From contig CAZENT010000005.1 of assembly GCA_964513845.1 (NCBI GenBank), forward strand, positions 41,590-105,589: a stretch of 64,000 nt of DNA, read 5' to 3'. The number at the start of each line of letters is the position of its first letter. Position 1 is the first letter of the stretch. The translations under genes and the position numbers were made by a program. Below are positions 9,646-20,473 of the stretch, in pieces. Under the pieces are notes generated by a model. That model saw only the letters and a list, made by a program, of their open reading frames with translations, made no database searches and was not told where the DNA came from. The DNA comes from an uncultured Pseudomonadales bacterium (lineage in GTDB: Bacteria; Patescibacteriota; Microgenomatia; UBA1400; MFAQ01).

Positions 9646-9734
9646 AAGGGGGCGAGAAAGGCGGAAACAGTTTCGTAACGAACCTGGTGAGCCGGGGTCG
9701 ACAAATTTTCGAAGAAAATATTGGTGACCGAGCC
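9646..9734 (+). other. tRNA-associated two-hairpin element (copy A, behind tRNA-Asp)
   Basis: GGC-G-GA-A..T-GA-GCC hairpin, then GGTCG..ATTTTC-GAA-GAAAAT..TGACC hairpin, then CGAGCC matching the host T loop; same layout as 40582-40684. Confidence 0.6.
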
Positions 9735-9788
9735 AATACTAGTTATTTTTTAAATATATTGCCATTCTTTTAATTTATAATCGAATTT

Positions 9789-10151
9789 ATGAATGATTCA
9801 ATTCCAGAAACAGGTGATGATCAACAAAGATTAAATAATGTAAAAGAAAAAAGTAGTAAGAAGGGAATATTTTCTCTTAGTGCTAAAGATCATTTAGTAT
9901 TGGGTTCTACTCCTCCTGAAGAATTGACTAAAGAACCTGATAAGGCTCTATATGAAACCATGACTGATGACCAAATTGAAGAATATTTAGAGCTTTTACT
10001 TGATTTTGTATATGACCCAAAATTTGTCAAAAATGGTGTTGCTAAAATTCAAATGAATGAATTTTTGACAGGACTTAGTTTTCTGGGAAGCGTTAACAGA
10101 TTGCCAAATAAATTTAAGGGTTTCGATCTTGACGAATTACCAAAATTATAA
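9789..10151 (+). CDS. Hypothetical protein (AT-rich)
   Basis: 120 aa ORF filling the gap; no recognisable motif. Confidence 0.6.
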   Translation: MNDSIPETGDDQQRLNNVKEKSSKKGIFSLSAKDHLVLGSTPPEELTKEPDKALYETMTDDQIEEYLELLLDFVYDPKFVKNGVAKIQMNEFLTGLSFLGSVNRLPNKFKGFDLDELPKL

Positions 10152-10253
10152 AGGATTGTTCACATAAGACATACATTTGATTTGCTTGATATGGATTTGT
10201 TTTGTGTGCAAACACCCTCTTGACAACCATAAAAGAGTCTATAAGATGTAATC

Positions 10254-10883
10254 ATGAGCAAAGGACAGAATGCATCAATAAGGATTAAAAAGATCCTGAA
10301 ATTTTTCAAGCTGAACGAGAACACTATAAGCACCGTGATGGGTGGAGTAGTCGTGGTGGTTATTGCTGGTTTGATTTTTAACTATTTCCGAACAGCGAAT
10401 CTTAAATCATGGCAAGGAACTCTTTTAACCGAACAAGAAGCAATGACAACTGTTAATAACGAGAGTAATGACAAAATTATTGCAACCTATACCGTGGCTA
10501 AGGGTGATGATCTCTGGCACATTTCCGAAAAGTTTTATCGCTCCGGATATAACTATGTGGACATCATGAAAGAAAATAAAATAACTGGAGCCGGAGTAAT
10601 TGTGGCTGGTCAGGAGCTAAAGATTCCCAAGGTAGAAGCTAAAAAAATTACCGTTGCTGAAACAAAAGAAAATGTTGTGGGTGCTGAAACAAAAACAGAT
10701 TCTACGATAACTGCTGGTGAGTACACCACTCAAAAAGGTGACTCTTACTGGAACATCGCCGTTCGCGCTTATGGAGATGGCTTCCAATGGACAAAAATAT
10801 ACTGGGCCAATAAAGCTGTGTTTGCAAACCCAGATGTGATTTTTGCCAATACCAAGATTACCATCCCCGCTCTTCAAAAGTAA
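10254..10883 (+). CDS. Membrane-anchored protein with two LysM domains
   Basis: TM helix, then YTVAKGDDLWHIS..IMKEN and YTTQKGDSYWNIA..IYWAN..NPDVI. Confidence 0.9.
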   Translation: MSKGQNASIRIKKILKFFKLNENTISTVMGGVVVVVIAGLIFNYFRTANLKSWQGTLLTEQEAMTTVNNESNDKIIATYTVAKGDDLWHISEKFYRSGYNYVDIMKENKITGAGVIVAGQELKIPKVEAKKITVAETKENVVGAETKTDSTITAGEYTTQKGDSYWNIAVRAYGDGFQWTKIYWANKAVFANPDVIFANTKITIPALQK

Positions 10884-10893
10884 ATTTAGGCAC

Positions 10894-10927
10894 AAAAAAA
10901 CCGTGCCGGGAATTATCCAAGCACGGT
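10894..10927 (-). terminator. Intrinsic terminator for the 10934-11251 gene
   Basis: Minus strand ACCGTGC...GCACGGT hairpin followed by T7. Confidence 0.7.
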
Positions 10928-10933
10928 ATAGAG

Positions 10934-11251
10934 TTATGGCGCTGTTTCACTAAGATTATCGCTGGGATATTCCTTAAGTTCAAATACCCCAACATAGGTT
11001 TCTCCTCCGTCCGGAGTCGAAATTATTCCATCTTTTGACTGATACAAATGCCCGTTATATGAAATTTCTGCGTCGAATTGATAGACTTTGATGTTTTCGG
11101 CTAATTCAAGTTTTAAACGACAGTTTATTAACTCGTGAATGACAATTACTTCACCGCTGGTTGATCTGGTCAAAAGCGATTCTACAAGGAGTATTTTTAA
11201 AAAATCTCCTTTCGTGACAACGAATTTTATTTCTTTCCTAAGAAATCCCAT
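10934..11251 (-). CDS. Hypothetical protein
   Basis: 105 aa ORF with AGGAGG SD, TGnTAAAAT promoter and its own terminator. Confidence 0.65.
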   Translation of the reverse strand: MGFLRKEIKFVVTKGDFLKILLVESLLTRSTSGEVIVIHELINCRLKLELAENIKVYQFDAEISYNGHLYQSKDGIISTPDGGETYVGVFELKEYPSDNLSETAP

Positions 11252-11332
11252 ACATCCTCCTATTTTTAAAGTGTGCTGTATTTTAGCACTTTAGTCCAAG
11301 TTGAGGCCGTTTTCGGGTACAATACAGGTATC

Positions 11333-12540
<1,208 letters not shown>

Positions 12541-12541
<1 letters not shown>

Positions 12542-12630
12542 ATTCCGGGTCAAGCCCGGAATGACAAGAAATGAGATTGCCACGTCGCGATTACACATCT
12601 TCCGCCATAGGCGGACTTTCGCGCAATGAC
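12541..12630. repeat. Cluster of CGTC-type palindromic repeats between convergent tgt and queA
   Basis: GATTCCGGG-TCAAG-CCCGGAATGAC (12541-12565); GATTGCCACGTCGCG...CGCAATGAC (12575-12630) with a nested TCCGCC-ATA-GGCGGA hairpin (12601-12615). Confidence 0.7.
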
Positions 12631-12684
12631 AGATTTTAGAAAAACAATCTGTCTGCAGGTCGAATAGATTGGGAGTGACAATTT

Positions 12685-13746
12685 TTAGATGATGAGCATA
12701 GCGTCGCCAAAACTAAAAAACTTGTACTCCTCTTTGACAGCTTCAGCGTATGCTTTTCCCATTAGACTTTCTTGGAAACTCGTGAGTTCTTCTTGGGTGT
12801 TTGGGGCAAGCGTGAGCGCTGTAACAAGCATCAAAAGACTGGTTGAGGGAAGATGAAAATTAGTGATTAACCCATCGACAAATTTAAACTTGTAGCCAGG
12901 CTGAATAAAGATTTTGGTTTCGCCTTGGCCCGGGTGAAGAGTTCCATCTTTGTCTGAGAGAGTTTCGAGCAAACGACAAGAAGTAGTACCCACGGCAATT
13001 ATTTTTTTGCCTATGTTTTTGGCCTCATTTAATCTATTGGCCACTTCTTCACTGAGAAAAAATGTTTCCGAGTGAAGAGTATTGGTGGCAACTTGTTCAT
13101 CAGTTACCGGTTTGAAAGTACCCAAACCAACATGAAGAGTAATTTTTTCAATTTGAATTCCCTTCTCGGATAAATTGTTGAGTAAATTCTCAGTAAAGTG
13201 CAAACCCGCCGTGGGGGCGGCAGCACTCCCCTTTTCTCTTGCATACACGGTTTGATATTGTTGTCTTAAATTTATTTCTTTTTCCCGAGAGTGAATATAT
13301 GGAGGGAGAGGCGTTTTTCCCTCTTTATCAATCTTTTCTATTAGGTCAATTCCGGAAAAATTGAATTTTATGTTTACTTCGCCATCATCTTCAATTGAGG
13401 AGACCTCACCATTAAAATCTTCAGAAATGATTATTTTTGTTCCAGGATTGACCTTTCCTCTGACCAAACAGCGATATGTATCAATGCCGGTTTGTTTTAG
13501 AAGTAAAACTTCTAACTTGCCTCCAGTATCTTTGTGACCAAAAAGCCTTGCTGGAAATACTTTGGTGTCATTAAGGACTAAAACTGTGTTTTTGTCTAAG
13601 ATATCGACCAAATTTGAAAAAACGTGATGATAAATTTGTTTGTTTTGACGATTAACGACTAACAGTCGACAACTATCGCGAGGCTCGATGGCCTTTTGAC
13701 CAATTAATTTTTCCGGAAGGTCGTAACTAAAATCTGTAAGATGCAT
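12685..13746 (-). CDS. queA: SAM:tRNA ribosyltransferase-isomerase
   Basis: DFSYDLPE, LNDTKVFPARL, PLPPYI, YQTVYA, AAPTAGLHF, LHVGLGTF, TNFHLP, FFSFGDAMLI. Confidence 0.97.
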   Translation of the reverse strand: MHLTDFSYDLPEKLIGQKAIEPRDSCRLLVVNRQNKQIYHHVFSNLVDILDKNTVLVLNDTKVFPARLFGHKDTGGKLEVLLLKQTGIDTYRCLVRGKVNPGTKIIISEDFNGEVSSIEDDGEVNIKFNFSGIDLIEKIDKEGKTPLPPYIHSREKEINLRQQYQTVYAREKGSAAAPTAGLHFTENLLNNLSEKGIQIEKITLHVGLGTFKPVTDEQVATNTLHSETFFLSEEVANRLNEAKNIGKKIIAVGTTSCRLLETLSDKDGTLHPGQGETKIFIQPGYKFKFVDGLITNFHLPSTSLLMLVTALTLAPNTQEELTSFQESLMGKAYAEAVKEEYKFFSFGDAMLII

Positions 13747-13755
13747 GGGTCTATT

Positions 13756-14529
13756 TTACCCCGTATGGTCTATTTTCCACTTAGCAACTGTTTCTACCGA
13801 TGACCTGCGATAAGCACAGTACTCACAACCGGAGTCTGCACTGGGAATTTCATTGCTTACGAGTGTTTTCCTCATGCTCAAAAGAGTTTTCCCCACCCAC
13901 GAATCATCACCTTTGTGAGTAAGTATTGTCATTTCGAACTCGAGCTTCCCATCAAATTTAGGCAGATTTTTCTTGGCGTTGGCATAGACAAAATAGCCTG
14001 TGTCCGATACTGGGAAACCTAGCTTTCTGAATATCCACTGATAGACTTCCATTTGGCGTTTGTAGGCTTTTTTCCATTCATCATCCAGAGAAACCTCTTT
14101 GGCGGAGCTGGTGGATTTGTAATCAACAACAATAATTTCTCCTTTGGGGTTTATCCACAGATCATCAACCAGACCATTGACCAAGATATTTGATTTTTCA
14201 TCGAGAGCCAGAGCGCCTTCGTAAGCAGTGACTTCTCCTCGCCAGCGAGGAAGATCTTTGTGCTGAAGCGGAACAGCATCAATCTTGTACTTTTTCATGA
14301 GTTCATGAGCCTTGCCGTCTTTGCGAAGAAGATCAAATTCATTTTTAAGCAAATTATCCACAGCTGAGTTTAGAGTATATGGAGGCGTACTGGGGCGAGA
14401 GATGCCAAGTCGAACATCCATGTAGAAACAACGGGGGCATTGAGTAAAAAGTTCAATCTTCGAACGACTTAATTTAATTGGGTCAGAAGATCCGGGGTCA
14501 AAAATGTTTTTGGTTTTGCGATAGTACAT
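13756..14529 (-). CDS. PD-(D/E)XK nuclease, Cas4/RecB-like with putative Fe-S cysteines
   Basis: LSRSKI..CPRCFY, GLVDDL, VVDYKST, QMEVY, CEYC. Confidence 0.8.
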   Translation of the reverse strand: MYYRKTKNIFDPGSSDPIKLSRSKIELFTQCPRCFYMDVRLGISRPSTPPYTLNSAVDNLLKNEFDLLRKDGKAHELMKKYKIDAVPLQHKDLPRWRGEVTAYEGALALDEKSNILVNGLVDDLWINPKGEIIVVDYKSTSSAKEVSLDDEWKKAYKRQMEVYQWIFRKLGFPVSDTGYFVYANAKKNLPKFDGKLEFEMTILTHKGDDSWVGKTLLSMRKTLVSNEIPSADSGCEYCAYRRSSVETVAKWKIDHTG

Positions 14530-14625
14530 AACATCACCATGCTAACACGATTTTTTAGTTGAGGTAGAATTATTCTGTATACATAAAGATCGTCTAATTA
14601 TTGGTGTGAATTATGAACTGAAAAA

Positions 14626-16035
14626 ATGACTGAAGCGAGATTAACGAAAATAGTTGCCACTCTTGGGCCTGCCAGTGATTCTCTGGAAACAATTGAGAAA
14701 TTAATTGAGGCCGGAGTGAATGTGTTTCGTTTTAATACTAAACACGGAACAACGGAGTGGCATGAAGAAAGAATTGGTAGGGTGCAGACTGTGGCTTCAA
14801 AACTGGGAGTGGATGTGGGAATCTTAATTGATTTACAAGGACCTGAGATTCGCTTAATAACAGTTGATAAACTACCTTATCCTGTGGAGAAGAACCAAAT
14901 TGTAAAGATTACGCCATCTTTTATTCCAGGTGTTGATTCTATTTGTATTCCGCATGATTTAGTGTTTAAGACTGTAAAAAGGGGTGATCAAATACTGATT
15001 GACGATGGGGCAATTGAGTTAATTGTGAAAAATGTTAAAGATGGTTTGATAGAAGCTATAGCAACAGACGACGGCGATATTGGACATCGAAAAGGGGTTA
15101 ACTTTCCTGGGGTAAATATGAATCTACCTTCGTTGATTAAAGAAGACCTAAAGAAACTGGACATGGCCACCAACAAAAAAGTAGATTTTGTCGCCTTGTC
15201 TTTCTCCAGAACAAAAAATGATATCGAGATATTACGCAAACAAATGGAAAAAAGAAATATTAAGGCGATGATTGTGGCAAAAATTGAAAGTCTTCAGGCT
15301 TTGCAGAACATTGATGAGCTGATTGAGTCGACTGATGCAGTGATGGTGGCAAGAGGTGATTTAGGAATAGAAGTGCCATTCGAACAACTTGCTTTTTGGC
15401 AAAAAACGATTATCGCCAAGTGTAGAGTGGCCAACAAACCAGTAATTACGGCTACACAAATGCTGCAGTCGATGACTGGCAGCCCCAGGCCTACTCGAGC
15501 AGAAGCCACGGATGTAGCAAATGCAGTTTTGGACGGAACCGATGCTTTGATGCTTTCCGGTGAAACAGCCAGTGGAAAGTATCCAGTTAAAGCTGTTGCA
15601 GCCATGTCTAGAATTGCTCGATACAACGAACAAATTATTCAAGATATTGACTTTGAAATTGAACCAAGAAATGAAACGGATATCATCATTAATTCCACCA
15701 AAGAACTACTTAATCAATCAATTATCAAAATAAAATTGATCCTCGTTTTCACCAGATCCGGATTAACTGCCAAATCAATTTCCCGATTACGCCCCAAGGT
15801 GCCAATTATTGCCCTTACCTCACACCAGAAGACAGTCGAAGAACTTACTCTTTCTTATGGGGTTAAAGGAATCAAAACAGAGGTTCACACGGGTGAGTTC
15901 TCTTTGAAAAATCCTGCAATAAATAATCTAATCAAAACTCGAGAACTGACCAAGGGGGATGTAATCGTGGTTATCCATGGACAAAATTACTACAAAGAAG
16001 GCTCTACAAACGCTGTCGCTCTGCTCAAAATCTAA
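14626..16035 (+). CDS. pyk: Pyruvate kinase
   Basis: TKIVATLGPAS, DLQGPEIR, AKIE, MVARGDLG, ATQMLQSM, PTRAE, MLSGETASGKYP. Confidence 0.97.
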   Translation: MTEARLTKIVATLGPASDSLETIEKLIEAGVNVFRFNTKHGTTEWHEERIGRVQTVASKLGVDVGILIDLQGPEIRLITVDKLPYPVEKNQIVKITPSFIPGVDSICIPHDLVFKTVKRGDQILIDDGAIELIVKNVKDGLIEAIATDDGDIGHRKGVNFPGVNMNLPSLIKEDLKKLDMATNKKVDFVALSFSRTKNDIEILRKQMEKRNIKAMIVAKIESLQALQNIDELIESTDAVMVARGDLGIEVPFEQLAFWQKTIIAKCRVANKPVITATQMLQSMTGSPRPTRAEATDVANAVLDGTDALMLSGETASGKYPVKAVAAMSRIARYNEQIIQDIDFEIEPRNETDIIINSTKELLNQSIIKIKLILVFTRSGLTAKSISRLRPKVPIIALTSHQKTVEELTLSYGVKGIKTEVHTGEFSLKNPAINNLIKTRELTKGDVIVVIHGQNYYKEGSTNAVALLKI

Positions 16036-17120
16036 GCATCCAGCAAATCCAAACCCTTCACTGATGGCAAAGACTGACCGGCAACCCCCTGAATACTGCC
16101 ATAGATTCCGGCAGTGCTGATCATAATTCTTTCTGCCTGAGCCTCTCTTTCCTTCCAGAGTTTTTCGAAAGCAGTACGTTCTTTTTGGATCTGTGTATGC
16201 ATGTTTTGATGGACTTCAATGATGCTTTGAATTTGCTGAACAAAGGCATCACTGGTGAGATAGGAATATATCATGTCGGCTTTGGTGCCCCGATCGTTGC
16301 CGTTGTGTTTTTCTCTGGCTACATCGATCAAATTTTTTCTCAGAATCTCAGCTAAGGGCTGAGTGAATGCCGGCTCGGTTACCCAAACTCCTTCATAAAA
16401 ACCGAATCCAGTTTTGATGGCTTTGGGTAAAACGGTGGTAACAATGACCGGAATGTTGGCTTTGGAAGCACGAAGATCGTCTTTGAGCTTGGTGGCCCAG
16501 TCGTCGACCCAAGCTTTGGTTCGTTTTGACTCCCAAAGAATTACTCCACAAACAGTTCCCAGACTGGTTTTGACTACTTGGCTAACATCGGCACCTCTTA
16601 CCCCCTTACCAACTGGATTAATCTCATCCAGGGGAAAGGCCCTGGTCAGATAGTCTTCCAAATCAAGCTCTTGTACTTCTCCCTGGAGCTGTTGAGACCC
16701 CTGATTGGCCTTGAGCTGAGCATCTTCAAGAGCTTTTTTCAAATCCCCGATCATTTTCTCTTTTTCCATGTCTTTTAGCCGATGTGCATCACTCGCTTCG
16801 AGCAAGGTTTGCTGGCGAATTTTGTTTCTTTCTTCATCTATCTGTCTTTGTTTGTCTAACTCAAAAGACCTTTTCTCATCTTCCAGTTTTGATTTTTCTT
16901 TTCGAATGATCAACTCTGCCTCCATGGCTTCTTTAAGTTTGGCATTTTTTTGCTTTAGCTCTTCCTCAAGAATTTTGGTTTTTTCGGAAGACTCTTCGGC
17001 ATATTTAGCTTTGAATTTTTCTGAAAGCTCTTTTTCTAAATCTGCTTTTATTGTCTGACTGAGGGCCTCGGTGATTTCGATAGTTTCTCCGCAGTTGGGA
17101 CATTTAATGTTATTTGCCAT
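16032..17120 (-). CDS. DUF2130-like coiled-coil protein
   Basis: IKCPNCG start, coiled coil, SQQLQGEVQEL, KGVRGAD, ILWESKRTKAW. Confidence 0.8.
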   Translation of the reverse strand: MANNIKCPNCGETIEITEALSQTIKADLEKELSEKFKAKYAEESSEKTKILEEELKQKNAKLKEAMEAELIIRKEKSKLEDEKRSFELDKQRQIDEERNKIRQQTLLEASDAHRLKDMEKEKMIGDLKKALEDAQLKANQGSQQLQGEVQELDLEDYLTRAFPLDEINPVGKGVRGADVSQVVKTSLGTVCGVILWESKRTKAWVDDWATKLKDDLRASKANIPVIVTTVLPKAIKTGFGFYEGVWVTEPAFTQPLAEILRKNLIDVAREKHNGNDRGTKADMIYSYLTSDAFVQQIQSIIEVHQNMHTQIQKERTAFEKLWKEREAQAERIMISTAGIYGSIQGVAGQSLPSVKGLDLLDA

Positions 17121-17159
17121 GTTTTGATTATATCCTCTGTCTACGATACAATTGTGCTT

Positions 17160-17363
17160 ATGAAAATTACTGTTGACCAGGACAAATGCATCGGCTGTAA
17201 TATGTGCGAGGATATTTCCGAAGGAGCCATGGGGACAAAGTTCGGCAAAGATGGAAAGGCCGGATTAAACCCTGAGGCAGATCTTACTGATCGAGTGGTT
17301 GTGGCGAATATCAAGCTCGCGGCAGAAACTTGCCCAATGCAAGCGATAAAAATTGAGGAATAA
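17160..17363 (+). CDS. Small ferredoxin
   Basis: MKITVDQDKCIGCNMC...CPMQAIKIEE; start moved to ATG 17160. Confidence 0.85.
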   Translation: MKITVDQDKCIGCNMCEDISEGAMGTKFGKDGKAGLNPEADLTDRVVVANIKLAAETCPMQAIKIEE

Positions 17364-17364
17364 A

Positions 17365-17670
17365 CTAGTAACCTCTTAGCTTTCCTAAGTATTTTTGAAT
17401 TTGTCTTTTTGCCTTGTCTCTCACCCTAATGACACCATCGAGTAAAATTTTGTGAGTGTCTTTGATATTTATCGGACAACCGGGTAGATTCATATCAAAC
17501 TTGATTTCGTAACCTGAGCGAGATTTTTTTTCGACAGCGAGAGAGGCAACTTTGAGATCTTCTTGGTAATGTTTGAGGAATTTTCCTAAACCTGTTTCGA
17601 ACTTGGTTTCTATTCTCTTGCGAAGACGATCACTAATAGTCATCTTCTGAGGATTGAAGATTATGTTCAT
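17365..17670 (-). CDS. Ribosome hibernation factor (short HPF/RaiA-like)
   Basis: About 100 aa, ISDRLRKRIETKF...KLKRQI-type helix pattern typical of HPF; divergent. Confidence 0.6.
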   Translation of the reverse strand: MNIIFNPQKMTISDRLRKRIETKFETGLGKFLKHYQEDLKVASLAVEKKSRSGYEIKFDMNLPGCPINIKDTHKILLDGVIRVRDKAKRQIQKYLGKLRGY

Positions 17671-17718
17671 ATATTTAAGTATAGCAACTTTAACCGATTT
17701 CTCTTATATACTAGTATT

Positions 17719-18645
17719 GTGAAGAAAGTTTTTATTCTCGTTTTTATTGTATTGGTTAGTTTATTGGGATATTACATTTTCAAAGACACGAATTTTAAAA
17801 GTCTCGTTTCAGACCTGTCTTCGCAGCGGATATACGTGCAACGGGACGGGAATGCAAATTTTGTGCCCGACTGGACCGCTGAAGAGTTGCTGGAAAAAAT
17901 AAATAAGGCACGAGAGGCTGAGGGGCTTTCCAAGTTAAAAGGAAACTCAAAACTTGATCAGTCCGCAAAAGCAAGATTATCGGTAATTTTGTCGGAAAAT
18001 GACGTTGATGGAATAATTACCGGACTCACTAGAGAAAAGGCGCTATCCAACGCAGACTATAAAGCAAATTTGATGGGTGATTTGATATTGGTTGGATTTT
18101 TTAAAACCAATGACCCAATCGCCTATTGGAATAATGACACAATCTCCAAAGAAACCCTGAACCATACCGACTTCAAAGACGTAGGTGTGGCAGTAAAGAA
18201 TAGCTCCGATCGAGTGGATGTTTACATTCTTCTGGCCTCACCTCAAAAAGTTGTCAGGCAAGCCGTTGCGCCTAGAATCACCTGGGGAGGAATTGAGTTA
18301 TGGGAGGCAGTAAATAAACGAAGAGTAGAGATGGGTGTTAACCCTTTGAAAAAAATGGACGAGTTGTGCACTATTGCGTCAATTAGACTTAATCAACTAT
18401 TGGAGCTTGGAAAACTAGATGGCCATGCGGGCTTTGTACCCGTGCTCGACAGAAGTGACTTAAAATGGATATCGGAAAAATACAGTATCAGCGAGTTTTT
18501 GATTCAGGGGTATCCAACCCCAGCTGAAGCGGTTTCGGCTTGGGAAAATACCATGGGTCACAGAGTGTTACTCTCAGGGGGTGAGTATGTTTGGGGTTGT
18601 GTGTATGCCCAAAATGCTTTTGGAGTCGCCATTGCAGCTTATTAG
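17719..18645 (+). CDS. Membrane-anchored protein with tandem CAP (SCP-like) domains
   Basis: INKAREAEGL..L..SA..R and VNKRRVEMGVNPL..LCTIA..R, AWENTMGHR. Confidence 0.75.
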   Translation: MKKVFILVFIVLVSLLGYYIFKDTNFKSLVSDLSSQRIYVQRDGNANFVPDWTAEELLEKINKAREAEGLSKLKGNSKLDQSAKARLSVILSENDVDGIITGLTREKALSNADYKANLMGDLILVGFFKTNDPIAYWNNDTISKETLNHTDFKDVGVAVKNSSDRVDVYILLASPQKVVRQAVAPRITWGGIELWEAVNKRRVEMGVNPLKKMDELCTIASIRLNQLLELGKLDGHAGFVPVLDRSDLKWISEKYSISEFLIQGYPTPAEAVSAWENTMGHRVLLSGGEYVWGCVYAQNAFGVAIAAY

Positions 18646-19514
18646 AGAATAATACTATCGAGCTCGTCTTCGACAACTTCCTCACGAGATAGAGTGTATA
18701 TATCTCTTTGACTGTTTGAATCAACCAGCTTGCCCTCTCCCTTGAGGATTTTTTCCATTGATCGGCAATGAATACAACCATCTCGCCCTTCATGACAGTC
18801 AAATTTTTCTAGTTTTCTAGCCAATTTAATTCTTCTGCCAATTTCGATAACTTGGCTATGAGCATCTTTTAGATCGGGTAAAGTTTTTGGGGTGAGATTG
18901 TCGTCTGTTTCTAGATACCAGTAACTAGCTTCTGTGACCGGTCTTTTTTGACAATGATGAACCAACAGATGATATATCGGAAGCTGAAGTGAGTCTTCCT
19001 CCTCTTTTTTCTTACCTGTTTTGAAATCAATGATGTGAACTGAGTCGGTGCTTTGATTGTACTCAAGCCAGTCGACTTTGCCACAAAGAACGATGTTCTC
19101 GTCTTCGGATATCCAGTAATGAGGAAGCTCTTGCTGAATTTTGACCGCTAACTTGGTGATAGGACCCGGATTGTCCATGACTCTTCTCAGCATGGCCTTA
19201 CCTCTCTCTTTGAACTTGTGTTCATCTTCGGCACTCGAAAAACCACCCTTTTCACCTGCAAATTTTTCCCAGACTCTGTCGAATTTTAAGACTAAAGATT
19301 CATCCATTCTGGATACTGTGGGAACACTCGTCAGTGAGTCTAAAACTTCATGCACCGCCTGACCAAGAGCCAGGGAAGGAGTCATGATCTGAATCTTATG
19401 GCCCGTAGAAGCGTCTTTGTATACGTTTTTTAGATAATAGGCTCGGGGGCATTTGAGATAGTCACTGATGGAAGTGTGGGAAATCCAAACTGCGGTGTAT
19501 TTATCTTTGGCCAT
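18642..19514 (-). CDS. PD-(D/E)XK RecB-family nuclease (AddB/Cas4-like)
   Basis: SHTSISDYLKCPRAYY, GQAVHEVL, GKVDWL, IIDFKTG, QLPIY, C..CIHC. Confidence 0.82.
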   Translation of the reverse strand: MAKDKYTAVWISHTSISDYLKCPRAYYLKNVYKDASTGHKIQIMTPSLALGQAVHEVLDSLTSVPTVSRMDESLVLKFDRVWEKFAGEKGGFSSAEDEHKFKERGKAMLRRVMDNPGPITKLAVKIQQELPHYWISEDENIVLCGKVDWLEYNQSTDSVHIIDFKTGKKKEEEDSLQLPIYHLLVHHCQKRPVTEASYWYLETDDNLTPKTLPDLKDAHSQVIEIGRRIKLARKLEKFDCHEGRDGCIHCRSMEKILKGEGKLVDSNSQRDIYTLSREEVVEDELDSIIL

Positions 19515-20139
19515 TATAGGAATTATAGAGCCTAATGGTGAAAATCAACCATAGAATTCCTAATAGATATCCACCAAGAACATCCGTCGCCCAGTGAGCA
19601 CCAAGATAGATCCTGGAAATGCCAATAGTGGCTATGCAAAGAATAAATACGATTGAGGAAATTATTCTTTTGAGATTTCTTTTGGGGTTGTTGAGCAACA
19701 AAAATAATAAGAAGCCGAAAAAGACGGTAAAGACTAAAACGTGATTGCTGGGGTAACTTTTGTCGGATAGCCACACCGACACATTCACGAGGTTTGCACT
19801 AGGTCTTGGTCTGTCGATAATCATTTTTATCAACGAACCAGATAGAGCACTGCCAGCGGAGGATAACAAACACAAAACACTTTCTATGCGGAGTTTAAAT
19901 AAGTATAGAGCTAAGCTAGTTAACCCTACCATTCCCACCATGATTGGTTGGTTGCCGATTGATGAAACGAACCACATGATTTTTGCAAACAGAAGAGAGT
20001 TGATGCTTTGGAATTTTTCGGTGATTAGAAGGTCAATCGTTAAATACGGAACAAACAAAGCCAAAAGGGTAACGATGGCAAAAAAGGCAATCACAAAATT
20101 TTGTCGGGTTAAAAGACTCTTTTTAGTTGTGCGTTTCAT
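19501..20139 (-). CDS. PAP2 family phosphatase (possible undecaprenyl-PP phosphatase)
   Basis: K..IDRPRP, SYPSNH, SRIYLGAHWATDV. Confidence 0.88.
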   Translation of the reverse strand: MKRTTKKSLLTRQNFVIAFFAIVTLLALFVPYLTIDLLITEKFQSINSLLFAKIMWFVSSIGNQPIMVGMVGLTSLALYLFKLRIESVLCLLSSAGSALSGSLIKMIIDRPRPSANLVNVSVWLSDKSYPSNHVLVFTVFFGFLLFLLLNNPKRNLKRIISSIVFILCIATIGISRIYLGAHWATDVLGGYLLGILWLIFTIRLYNSYNGQR

Positions 20140-20471
20140 CCAATAGAAATTTTATCATTTATGCGAATTTGAAATTTATCGATAGTGTTTTCGGGCATTT
20201 CTATTACTGTGGAATATTTGGGGTGATATAGAAAAAAATAAAATGGCTTGAGGTGCTTTTTTAATTTCACGACATTTCCACTATTGTCGATAACCAAGAC
20301 GTCAATGGATTTAGTCATAAAAAATGTATGGATGCCAAAATGGGTGTGAAAAATCATGATGCGGGGATTTTGGGGATTAATTAAACCAAATAAACGATCG
20401 GTAAACGTGGAAGCAATTTTTGCTTTTCGAGTGATGACTTTTTTGGTTGTTAAATTTTTTAGAACAACCAT
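20136..20471 (-). CDS. DUF192 family protein
   Basis: A.TF.DRLFGL, IHTFFM..IDV, VIEMP. Confidence 0.75.
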   Translation of the reverse strand: MVVLKNLTTKKVITRKAKIASTFTDRLFGLINPQNPRIMIFHTHFGIHTFFMTKSIDVLVIDNSGNVVKLKKHLKPFYFFLYHPKYSTVIEMPENTIDKFQIRINDKISIG

Positions 20472-20473
20472 AC

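Noticed and set aside
9545-9736. 63-aa minus-strand ORF (also 11344-11532, 26310-26534 and 40360-40695)
   Set aside because: These overlap tRNA genes, terminators or the tRNA-associated element, and include typical antisense-tRNA peptides ([20 protein letters not shown]).
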